Shown here piece after piece: positions 25,079-38,600 of a stretch of 64,000 bases of DNA. Positions within the stretch are counted from its first letter, which is position 1. The number at the start of each line of letters is the position of its first letter. The stretch is from assembly GCA_964247055.1 (NCBI GenBank), contig OZ176053.1:4340001-4404000 (forward strand), in the 5' to 3' direction. This DNA is from Paragordius varius. Its lineage: Eukaryota; Animalia; Nematomorpha. Both the position numbers and the translations under genes were made by a program. The notes under the pieces are model-generated. The model was given only the letters and a program-made list of their open reading frames with translations, was not told the origin of the DNA and did no database searches.

Positions 25079-28000
25079 TTATTTTCCAGTCAAATTAGTT
25101 GATTGAGCTCTGGTACCATACGTAGAAACCACAGTTGTGTTGCTAATGGTAACAGGTGTAGACGTACTAGTCGTAGAAATTGGTATTGATGGTTTTACCA
25201 TACATGATTTGGAGACTGAATCAAAAAGTCTAAGGAGAAAAAAAACGAAATTTTTTAATTTGTTTGCATGTAGTTTTTTTGAAAATAAAATTATAGGGTA
25301 CGTACAAACATTATAAGGTAAAAGAGTGTAATTTGTTTTATAAAAATGAAGATATTTTTTTGATTATTTTTATTCGAGATAACCTACATTACGGTTGATG
25401 TGAATTGATTATATTTCTACTGTTTATTTCACAACCGGACACATATAAAAAAACCAATTATACATTTCTTTATACTGTAAAACAATTTTTTGAAATACCA
25501 ACTGAAGCAGCATTAAACCCACATATTGAAATAATGTTTAAAATATATCATTACTTTTCAATTTCTGGTGCGCATCGTACGAAATCATGTTCCCAAAATT
25601 TGAAGGTAGGATTTTTGATCAATTCGATAAAGGTAATTAAAAGTCCCCAAGGATGTGGCCGGTTAACAATCAATCTTTCCAACAACACTCTAGATATTTG
25701 ATAAAAAATAAAATATAAAAAATAATGAAATATTAAATTTTTTAATAATAATACTATTATTAAAATATACCGTGTAATTTGTTCCTGAATGACTTCAATG
25801 TTGGCTTCAGCAAAAAGATGTAGCAAAATACAACTAAAGTAGTGAGTATGACTATTTGGATATCTTAATTGATTAGCTATCGCAGTAAGAAACAAATAGC
25901 GACCTAAATGGCAATATATACATATATATATAATATAAATGTGAAATTTCTACCCAGATATTCAAACCGAAAGCAGGTTGATTTTTCTAACGCACTCTTA
26001 TTGTTCTAAAATGCGATTTTAATATCTTTAGAAGAAATAGTGTGGCGCAAAATTTTAGTAATTAATTGATACAAACAAAACGTTTTTTTAATGTTTTTTA
26101 TAAGGAAAAACTGTTTTGCGCAACTTTTATCCTACTTTTGCATTTTTATGCCCATTAACAATCGTTAATTTTAAAGCTTGACTGTTTATAAAATTTGCAC
26201 GGTCGAAAAATAGGTTACTGTATAATTTTCTGAAAATTTTAATATAGTGTTTTCCATTGCATCAAAAATGATTACAACAAACCTTCAGTATCCAAACCAA
26301 CCGCTAAATTTTGAAAAATATCCATATGAGCCGAATGTGTTATAGTAGTTAATCCGGGTGTCAATCCCTTATTTTGAATTGATGCGATGGCCTGAGTACC
26401 CACATAAAGGACCAAAGCATTAAGTAACGGCATATTGTAATGCGAACCTGGGCTAGGTCGATTCTAATTAAATGTTATGAAAATTAATTAAAGATTATTA
26501 ATTTTAGAATCTTTTAAAAGTTTAGTCAACAATATTTGGCCTTTTTTGATAATAATATACATATAACAAAATAAAATAATATACTTGAAGATTAGGTCGG
26601 ATATCGGTTAAAAGAGTTACAGGGCTTCGCGTTTTCAGGTAAACATCTAACCGCTAAATCACACAAATTATCATATTAAACAAATTTATGCGAAAATTAT
26701 ATTCTGAAAATAAATCAGCGATAATATTTTAAAAAAATCTGTATATTTAGATCCAAAAAATTACATTTTTAAATTGGCCATCATCAGCTGCAAAATCATT
26801 TATGGATTTGCCGAAATCAAGGTAGGGCGTAAGTTTAGGGGGATTACCAATTTCAGGTAACATATCAACCTATATAATTATATATATACAGAACAAAGTA
26901 AAAAATTAAACTTTATCCGATCATAAATGTTGACCATAATTAAACATTTAAAAAAACCAAAATAAGTCATCTTAATAGTTATAATTCTAAAATGCATAGC
27001 ACAAAAATAACTTTTTATAAGAAACAAAAGAAATTTGCAAAACGACAACAAAACCTTTAGATTTGGCGTAAAAGGATCCGGTAATCGCATATCTCTAGGG
27101 AATGCAGAAAGAATTAAATTCCGCATTTGCACACAATTAGGTGGAATAACATCACAGAATCCGTAATGGAAATCACATAGGAATTCGGGAAAATCGTGTA
27201 ACAAAACAAGCAATAAACGTAATGTACCCTGAAAAAATATTATTCTTATAATTGTGTTGAAAATAAAAATTTAAAAATTAAGTAACATTTCATATAAAAA
27301 ATGACATACATTGTATAAATGAAGTAGAGATTTAGGTAGGTCCACATTTCTCACATAAGGGGCCAAGAATTTAAACAAATCCACAAATAGCAGTGCATAG
27401 TAATTCCAGATCTAAAACAAATTTTTTATATACTACTCGTAAAAAAATGTCAATAATAAAATAAAAACATAATAAGTAAGTCACATATAAAAAATATATA
27501 TGTAGCTAGATACATATAACCTATGATTTTGGGTTTGAAATATCAATTTTACTAACATACATATTTTTAAAATTTCATCATAAAGGTTATACTATATAGA
27601 AAATCACGGATAAAAATATATGGTTTTTATAATAAAAGATTAATAATTTAAAAATTGTAGATGTCAAAAACCTTAATATTTGCCGTATTTGTCAAAATCT
27701 TAGCTATGAATGTTCGATGTCCAACCAATTCCAACCATGAAAATGCGAATGAAGGAGCTTCAGTTGGCCGTAAAACGTGATAGGCATTGCTAAATTTATT
27801 AACAAAACCGATGCAAAAATATATTAAATTACAACGTCGTTTAGTTTAAAAATGACTCAGAAATTAAATCATAATCTACACATAATAATAATTCCTGCCA
27901 TAAATCCCTTGTTAAATGTCAAAAAATATAGATGCTAACAAAAATTAAAGCGAAAAACAGATTAACCTAAAAATAATGTAAAAAATATTGTTTCTAGTCA

Positions 28001-28771
28001 ACCATGCCCTCAAAAATTTATCTGCGTTAAGGATATGTAATGTCAAGATTAAAATATATATATAATTTTAGTAAAGTGGTAAACATTTCCCGTAAAATTG
28101 ATTGCATCGTAAAAATTAAAATTTTTACCAAAATGCTGTAATAATATTCGTCCCATGCGTAGCCATTAGTGGGGCCATTCCAATAATTTCTCCATACAGT
28201 ACAGAGAAGAGACGATAGAAAGGTAACTCATAAAATACGGGTACAAGTTTATTTATATTATCCATATCCTTATTTTTTGGGGCGTTTTCTGAATCCGAAA
28301 TAATGAGTGATTGAAGTTGTGTTAAACAAGCGCTCGTTAAATTATAATTATTGCCATAAACTATGGATGGTGCAATGTTGGAAATAACGCGTGATTCCTC
28401 ATACGCATAATGGAGACATTTATTGACCGTTGTTACGGATGATAAATTTTGGTGTTGAATGCAAAGGCCTGCAAAAATGCCTAAAACCTATAATAACAAA
28501 AATGGTTTATGATTGAGAAAAATTAATTGGTTTCATTATTTGCTTTAATAGCGTTAGCCTTAAAAAATATATATTGAAATCATAGGTATATTTTTTGCAA
28601 CCTATTTGGAATTAGCAGAAAAAGAGATTGATCATAATCCAACCTTCTTTTAATCCTTAATTAATTTATAATGAATAGAATCCCAGATCAAAAAACAAAT
28701 TTCATTGATTTAATCAAAAAAATATTTTTAATATTGTAGTTTAACCTAACCAATTTTTTCTAGATACTTTT

Positions 28772-28808
<37 letters not shown>

Positions 28809-29634
28809 ATTTATATATATATATATATTTATATATATATAAATTTCTCCATACTTTATTGGTGAGATTGACTTGAGTACCATTATTTAAACTTTGATTG
28901 CTATGTTTTATGAGAAGTGAAATTAGTTTGACATAAGCATCGATATGATGAAACATTTTAGCCTGAGCTAAGACATTGATTCGGATATGGTCATCTTTTG
29001 TTAAAATCATTGACTGCTAAAATGATATTTAAATAAATTAAATTTTAGTACGTATAAAAGATATATTTTTTTAAATTTAATAAAATGTGTATATATAATA
29101 TATATATATATATATATATTAATAAAAGAATCTTTTTAAAACATTCGAAGAGAAGCTATAAATTAATAAGCCTATGGTTTACATGTACAATACTAGGTAA
29201 GATAATATTTGCAAAATAAATTTTAGAAGCAGGTTATTTACAAAATATTTGGTATAATGTAAATGAATGATTAAAAAATATAAAATTTAAAGTATTGCAT
29301 TCGTATAAATTAAATATAAATGAATTATTAATGGGTCTTTCGCCATAAAATCTTTTAAGAATCAAATAGTTAATTTTTAATTTTCTAATGACAAATATAT
29401 CGGTATAGTTTAATAAATCATTAATGTAAATAATTTTATTTGCTCATAGCAAATAAATAAGGCAAAAAATAGAATTATTTTTTCATACATTATTTGAGTT
29501 ATTAGTATTCGACAATTCATTGGCTTCATTTAAAGCATTATAAGACGCTTCCAAACATAATTCGGTACAGATTCGGAAAAAACGGGTAATAAGATCATCT
29601 GATTTAAAGATACCTTGTTGGTGCATCTAGAACA

Positions 29635-29669
<35 letters not shown>

Positions 29670-32600
29670 TACTTTCTTTTGTGAGCCCTCATTTCAATAA
29701 AACCAACCTCTTGTTTTTTGGTTACAAAATAAGTAAAAGAGATGTAAGTTGGTAACACAATCGATTATATGTATTTTACGATTCGTATCAAAAGAGATAA
29801 AATATAAGCGAGGAAAATAATATAAGACAAAAGTAAAGGGAAATCGTTCTTCGTGTACACGCTTTATTCCTTTCCTTTAAAGATTGTTTTAATCATATAT
29901 CATAAGCCAAAATATCACAATAGTTTTTTTAATATGAAAAATCTTTTACGTTTCGTCTTTATTTTACTCTACATATATATAAAAATACCTCCATCATAAA
30001 ATTAGTTATGGTGCTATCGAGAGATTGTCTCCGAACATTACTAGCCCTATCAATTCGGTCTAAAAGATCCATTTGCGGATTTGTGGGTTCACCAATAGCC
30101 GATGGCGCATAACAATAATTATAATAGGTATCTAACCATTCTTTGTACAGGTATATGACTCTGTGAGAAAAATATATGTTTTGTTTTGATAATAAGTTTT
30201 TTGATCAAACAATGCTTGTAAAATAATTATCTTATGGTGGTTATCAGGCTATATGAGGTTAAAATATAGTTTATTGATATTAATTCACAAAGTATGTTCC
30301 TAGCAAACATAATTACGTACATTTTTGAACGACCACCATAATAAATTAAAAACAATTTTATATATTAAGCAAAGGTAAAAAATATTACCAAATGTAATTT
30401 ATGTAAATATACCATTTACAATTCAAATTCACCCAAAAATAAATTATGTGTTTTCGGGCTAATATAAATCATCATTAATAAGAAATATATTCTTGTGGCA
30501 TAGTTTATTATTTTTTCAGTATTATATTAATTTTTTAACAAAATTTCATTTTTTAAAATTATAAAAAAAATATAGGTAATTTTTAATCTTGAAAAACATA
30601 ATTTATTTTAGAGTGAATTTAAATTGTTTAAGGGTGAGTAAATCGTATAAAAGGGAAAAAACTTTTCTTTAAATCCCAAGGGGTCATCAGTGTCCTTAGA
30701 GGCAGAAACACCAGAATGAAACATGCTTGAAAACATAAGTGATAACTGTTGAGCATTCGCGTCTAAATAAAAAAATATTAACCATATAAGAAGTAATTTT
30801 ATGCAAATATATTAACACAAATATAATCCTTTATAATAATAGGACATTAATATTTGTCATAAGTTATTACCATCAGGATTCATCGTAATTTTAATTTTTT
30901 CCAGGAAGATAATGTCCGAATTATTTTGTATGGCATTCATGGTATCATTCAGGCTGAAATATATAAAATTATATATACAATTACCAAAATTCATTAGAGA
31001 GGACTTAAAAATTTCGGATTAAATAATTATAAATATGGCAAATTTAGAAATTGTATTTTCACAATACTACTAGTTTCAAATACAAACGGATTTAATTTTA
31101 AGCCGATTTTATGAAAGAGTAAAAATAATCTGTAAATATAACTAAAATACTGTACAAAAATTCTTATTAATAGAAGAGAATACTCTTGATATTTGGTAAG
31201 ATATCTTTTTAATCATAAGTATCTAAAATAACCTAACCTTTTTATCACATGTAAATCGGGCCAATTTTGTCGATTCAAATGTGCGACATGGTTAAGGTTA
31301 AACAAGGCATTTGCCGTTTTATAGAAATCTGAATCGGCTAGGGGGAAATGGGGTCTTTCCTCATCCGTACATGTTATGCGTTTAAATAATTCCAGTATAC
31401 ATGCCAGTCCATCATTCATATCTGTAATGGTAGCTTTTGTTGTGGTTTGAGTACTTTCACATATTTCTTTGCTCAAACTTTCAATGTACTATACAATATT
31501 CATATACAGATACAGACATTGTAATAAAAAATGATTAATAAAAAAACAAATATTTTTTTGTAAAGGCAATCAACCATGCTTTTGGCAACCTTGATTTTTT
31601 TACCCATAACCAATCGTTGAGGGTCCAAAATATGGATTAGAGATGTATAACATAAAAAAACTTTCAATCATACAGCTTACAATTGGTATCATTTAGGTTA
31701 TTTAAAAAAATTAAAATGTAAAAAGTATGACTGCTATAAAAAAAATAGATAAGAAATATATATTTAAAATTATTTTTTGCCCTCTTTTAAAAAAATTAAA
31801 TTTGTTTCCAAAAAAAGGCTATTGGTTACGATTCCACAAAAGTGCTATAAACTGATGTTTAAAAAAGAATGGTTTACCATAACTAAATGAGCGTCATACA
31901 TGTACGGACTAAATAATTTGTTGGAGTAGAGAATGGTCAAAGTAGTAATGTTTTCATGATTCATATGTTCCATGAAATATCTAGAAAATAAAGTTTCGTT
32001 TTCGAAATTAAATTATACATAAAACGATATATAAGAACGCGACCATTCTACTTTTTTCTATTTAAACTTATGGTTTGCTTTAAAATATTGAAAAAGAAAG
32101 TAAAAGTCAACATTTTTTGTTTAAATACTTAATAACTAAGTTTTCAAAAAAGTAAGTGTTAAAACCTAGTAAGAGTTTTTCGAACCCAGATAAGTCCATA
32201 CAATCTCCCATCTTGTAGTGTTCGTATAATCATGATATGTGCCTCACGTATACGCTGTAATGTATCAAGTGTTGCAAATGTTTGTTGTTTTTCTCTTTCT
32301 ATGGTTTGTAATATCGTCGATAGATTTGAGTCTTTTTCTGTGTTAACATTTGAGTTCGATGATGTATCATCTATAAGGCAAAAATTATTATATTTAAAAA
32401 AATTATTATTAAATTTGTTTGAGATTCAAATAGGTGTATGCATTACCAGAACTTTGATTGGATTGATGTAAAATTTGTTTTAATTGTTGGGATTTAATCT
32501 CCAAATTTTTAAGCTTCTCTTGATATTCTGTGATGGTTGATGCACACTTGCCAATACCTTCAATTGCCTTTTTTACAAAACAAAATAAAGAATTATTAGT

Positions 32601-35600
32601 TTAAAAAATATTTGGGTCATTTATTAAATTTTAAAATAAGGGTGTGTTTGGTAATAGGTTATATAACAATACTTTATATAAAATGGCTTTAACACTAATC
32701 AAGATGGTTTCGTGCGCAGTAATAAATGTTTCCCATGGAATAGATATTTCCTTTATTTTCAAGAGATTTGGAATTAAAGCTCTAATCTGCATCGATATTT
32801 CTAACATGGTGCGAAGACCTTGTAGACTATTGTTATTAGTTAACTGGATGGAAATAAAATTATTGAGATTATAAAACAGTATTTTATAAAATGATATCCA
32901 ATGTTTGTAACTAAAAGCGTTTAATTTCAGCTCTATTACTTTTGGTGTGTTTTAATTTTGTTTATATTTTTAATTAGCAAATAAAGTAAAAAACCAAAAA
33001 AGTAAGGATACAAAAATGATTTATTGCACGAAACATTTTGCTTAAAAAATTCATACATATAAAAAATCTTAAAAAGTTACAGTGAAGATAAAATTGGTAA
33101 AAAATTTAAAAAACATTATTTTTAGCGTTTAATTAAAATTTTCCATAAAACGGTCTTATTTAAAAGTTAAAATAAAAATCGCATTATACTTGGGCATAAA
33201 TATCTTGTTCACTTTTCAGGGACCCGTTTGGGCCTTCAGATGTATCTTTGAGTGTGGAAGTTCCAATGGTTAAAGATGATGTTGTATTATCCATCAAATT
33301 TGAATTGAGCATAGAAGATTGAGCGTTTGTATTGGTAATATTCACAGATACTGATTTGGTTGTTATTTTTTCATCGTCGAATGGTGTCTCCTGTAAATAT
33401 CACATTTTATAATTGAATAAAGTCTTTTATTTATTAATAAATAAAGGGCTGTAAAAGTATTATATTGCAAAAATGTAGCCATCTAAATCTTATATTTAAC
33501 TAAAGTAGTCAATTTTAACTTTAAGCCCAAAGAAGTTAAATTTTAATGGAAAAAAAATATTTATTTCGCAAGGCTTTTATCTTTTTTCAAGATCATGTAA
33601 AAAGTATTTGATTTATTTTATATCTCATAAACAATTTAGCAAATCTATGTCAAATTTTAATTGATAAAAATTAATTACCGCCCTCAAGCATCTGTCAATT
33701 TTTACTACTACTATAAAAACAATATAAATCAAGGAAATAATTCATTGAAAAATACAAGTAAATTATCAAAAAGAGTGTATGTATATAAACTACCAAAGAT
33801 GAATTATTTTTAGCAGCGGTTGTTGATGTCGTTATAATCATCACATTCGTATTGCAAGTCGGGGTAGAAGTGACGATAGAATTATCATTGGATGTGGAGG
33901 GAGTTGGGGGAGGGACTACCGAAACTGAGGCAGCTATATTTGCCAAAACTAAAATACATCTTTCAATTTCCCCCGTTAATTTGGTCAGGATACGAGCTTG
34001 TAATTGCGGTATAACTGTTGATGGGTATCCGCCAACGTTAGCTAATTAAAGAGCAAAAGGCATAATATGTATATTAGATATAAAATTTTTGGATTAAATT
34101 TGTTGTAGATATGATTACGTTAAATTTTTGGTTGTTAAATTGGAAAAAATTATCAAACCATTTTACACTGAAGACAACTTCTTTTACATGGATTAATTTT
34201 AAGTTTTAAGAAAAAAAATCAAAAATTATATGACACACAGTGTTAGTGTCAATGTACATTGCTAGTTTTACACCAATTATTACTGCCAAATATCATTTAG
34301 AGTAAAGAGTCATACAATTGGCTTAGTGCACATAAAAAATATATGTTTTTTGTTTTTTACTTACGTTTACCCATTAAATTACTTTTTACTGTATATGCAT
34401 GACATTTAATTAAAAATAAGAATGTCAATTAACTCTCACTCCAACAACGTTAAAAATTTGGGTATAATTGCTAATAATTTCAAATAGGTGTCTAAATATT
34501 TCATATCATGATTTAAATCAAATTTTTAACTTTATTTTCAATAATATACCTATATGCATGTAAAAAAATTTAACTTCATCATACATAAAAACAATAAACT
34601 TAAACAAAAAAAGTAATAATAATTTTACATGTGGTAGAATGAACTGTTTCGCCGGTAAAGTTTTGAACTGGTGCATTGTCAATAATTGTCTGTGAAGGTG
34701 TTTGCATTGTGCTAACAATATTATTGGTTGGCATAACTGTATTGGGTCTTTGATCTGTCACTAAATATAATCGTTAAAAAATATATGAAATTGTTCAATC
34801 AAAAATAAAAATTAAATTTATATGATTAAAACAACTATGTTAACTCGTACAAAGAGATTATGTTGAATTCTTAGATTTTGTTAAAAAAAACTATAAAAAA
34901 TAAAAAATAGTTAAAATGTTTTTTTTTAAATTTAATAACATTTCTATATTTTAAAGTTTGACTGTTATTTTCATAAAATTTCCTCCCAATAAACGAAAAT
35001 TTTCATTTAACAAAGTGATGCTAAATTTATATAGTATTCAATACAAAACAATAACAACTTAATTTATAGGAAATTAAAACTAAAATGCGTGCGTACAATT
35101 CATGGACTGAACAATATTCTCAGACTTATAGTTGGAGGGAAATGGATTAACATTATTTTCATCAACAGTTTGGCGCCCAGATAAAAAAGGGATTTGAGAT
35201 TGATTTAATTCATTCTATGAAAATTTATATTATATAAAATATTATTTTTTATAGAGTAATTAATATAAAATGCTAATAAGAAATCCGTATATGCATTGTA
35301 AAATAGGTGTTTTTCCAACATACTGGATATTTAGATAGGGGTGCACTTTCTGGTCGAAATCCTGGGATATTGTTGGCAAAAACTTCATAAACCATGGCTT
35401 GCGATGGGGATGGACCACCCATCTAAACATAAAATTTTATATACTTTATGGCAAAAGAGCTAATATCTACAGTAAAAATCTATAATGAAAAAGCGTAAAA
35501 ACAAAAAAGCAAATATTTTAGATCATGCATGACATTTAAACGAAAAACTATAACTTTAAGTGTATATAATGTGTATTACTATTTCGAAACCCAAAACGAT

Positions 35601-38600
35601 ATGTTATATTTCAAAAAATAAGTTTAGAGTACGCCTCTTCTGTATAATTTTTCTATCCGTTATCTTTATAATTTCAATTTTTAGTGTGCTATAAATAAGA
35701 TTGAATTTTACAATATTATTAAATGTTTCAGCAAAATTGACAATATATGTTATAAATTGATTCTAATGTATGTGTAATTGCATAAGATATACTTTTGGTT
35801 TAAGTTTTTGTGGTAAACGATTAGATTGTAACACTGCAATCACTGATGCATCTCCGTATCTAACCAATTAAAAGCAGAGCAGGATTAAACATTAGTTTTC
35901 ATATGACAGCAGATAAACGATAATTTATTATGATTTTTTGGGTAAAAAACAATAATATAAGGAAACTTAGAGAAAAATCAACGCCATTTTTAATGTGTTT
36001 ATTGGAAAATATAAACGATTTTACATAGTTAATACCATACCTTAATTTAAATGGTGTAAAAGTTGCTTACCTTTTTACTATGCCTATTTTTTTAAAAAAT
36101 TGCTTAAATCAATATATAATATATATATAATTTTGTACCTTTTAACACCAGATCTTGTTCGGAGAATGTATCGTTTTTCAAGCTCTGTTACCGCACGCTC
36201 TATCGTAGTTTTTTGTGCATAGGCACAAGCTAATTCAAAATTATCGGTGGCTAAAACTGTTGCAATATGTTCTACCATTTGTTCGGAAACAGTCGTAAAT
36301 GGATGATTATTACCAACTATATATAATTATATAGTTTACAGTAATAAAAAACAAAAAAACGTATAAAACTTATGTTTTTTTGTAAATACAACCATACTTT
36401 TATATTTTCTATATAGATTAAATTATTACAATCGTAAAATATCAAACGTAATGTACTACCGATTTACATGTCTATTTATTTCGTAACCGAAAACGATAGG
36501 TTAATTAATACAAGTGATTGTCTCTATAAAAAATACTATGCTTTTAGTTTTGCCGTTTTATCCAATATTTTAATTTTATACTGTTTAATGTAATATTTGT
36601 TTGCTAATATTTCTATTTTTACATATTGAGACTTTAAAGATACGGACGATAGAAAGACACACACATCTTTGTATATTATTTGATTTAAATAGAAAATTAG
36701 CAAGAGCAGATTTATTAAATTAATTTAAATAAATTTTAATAATTAGACGCATTTAAACTTTTTCAAATATATCCATACATATATATAATATATATTAACA
36801 TAAAAAGTGCATTAAAAAAATTATACTCTCATAGGGGTTTGTGGAACCAGAAGCAGATTGATTATCCAAAGACCCTAATTTTACAAAATATAATAAATAA
36901 AAAATTACTTAATTTTTGGTAAAAATAATGTGGCGTACAAGTTGTTACCTTTAAGATCCATATTTTGGGACAAATTTGGAGATGATGTCAAAACATTTCC
37001 CGGTGGTATATTATTATTCTAATTAAGGTAAGATATAAAATATTAATAAAATATCGAAAATGATTATAAAGAAAGTATATAAGCTCTTTTATTATATATA
37101 TACAGAGATGCGAAATATATTAGTTAATAAGTTATAGCTTTTTTTATGCATATGTAAGTTATTGATTAAAATTAAAATTACATTTCTGTTAAAATAAATT
37201 CGTCTCCATGTTAACGCGTAAGAAAAACAAATTACCCCGCGAAGTCCCAAAGTTAGAGCGCTCTTAAAATTGCTCAGCAAACTGGCATACAAAGGTTCCC
37301 TCACAGTATATAAACTAATGCCACCAGCTAAAAAGCGGATGAGATTGTGGGATGCGGTATGAGCATGGCTATCGTCAGGATCTAAAGCAAAATCCTATCA
37401 AAAAAATATTTTAAAACAATAAGCAACAATTGGATTGAGGTAAATTCAGTGATAAGAATAAAAACAATTTTTAAAGTGTACTTTTTATGTATTAAATTCA
37501 AAAGTGTACATATAAAACATTTACTCAATTGTAAAATGCCACACACAGGGAAAAGTGTTATAAAAAATGGATATATTCTTTGATATAACAAAATGCAGGC
37601 CAAACATATCGTACAGTAATAACAAACGATTTTCGAATCTAACAAAGTGAATTTTTTGGAGAAAAATATCCTTACATTATTTAATACGGTTTAAACACCC
37701 ATAAAAATATCATTTTTTGTCTCATAAATCCCTGTTTTAAGAATTATTATATAACCCATACCTTTTTTATCAAATTTTCCGTGGTGGCCAACGTAATTTT
37801 AAGGACGCGTTCAGTCAGAGGTGGCAAAATTTCTTGGACCGATTTTTCAAGCGCAAGCCGTGCCAGTTGTCGTAAAGCAGGTCGTGCGGCAAACAAGGCA
37901 GCTATATTACTTTCATCTGCAGATCCGGGCAATTTATTTCCTAGGAGGCTAAAGTTTTGGGCGAGACTGCTCAGTCCCGGGCTTGTAACATCAATTTCCC
38001 CATAGCTATAATTGAATCGTAAGGGTGGATTCGGTTGTTGTACAGATGCTACAGCTGAACTAATGCCGCTTGTCATAGGTGTACTCCCTGAATGAAGCAT
38101 GCGATCTGTGCATGAAACAAAGGAATGGAAAGAAATTTTATTTATTTGTATTTAAAGGTATGCCTCACACGTGGCCCTCTGATATATTTATGCAGGCCGG
38201 GAGAAATGTAAATGGCATATAAATAAATAATTTTATGATCAAAAAAAAATATATCCACTTTTACACAATCTAATTAAATGGATTCTCTGATAACTCATTC
38301 CGAAAAAAATAGTAGTTGTATATGTTCGTAAATTTTCTTATGTTTGGGATCCAATAAAATATTTTTGCCCATTTATTTTGCGAATGCGGCCAGCTGAAGT
38401 TTTAAAACCGAACATGGGCACAAAGCCATTTGTGATGAAGACCCCTAATTAAAAAAATTTTTTCTTTATATTAATTTTAACACTCTTGATTGGCCAGTAG
38501 TGGGAGGCGTGATGTAATAGTAGGTAGGGTGTCGAACTCTTACTCTGCGTACCAGAGTTTAAAACCCGAAACTAGGCAATTTTTCCACCATCACTATCAG

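Noticed and set aside
26283-26463. GC-rich island that first looked like a structured RNA
   Set aside because: It is CNOT1 exon 67 ([18 protein letters not shown]...[17 protein letters not shown]).
38340-38444. GC-rich segment in CNOT1 intron 39 with an acceptor and a 35-codon frame (alternative last exon?)
   Set aside because: No convincing donor or poly(A) signal, and exon 39 splices in phase to exon 40 without it.
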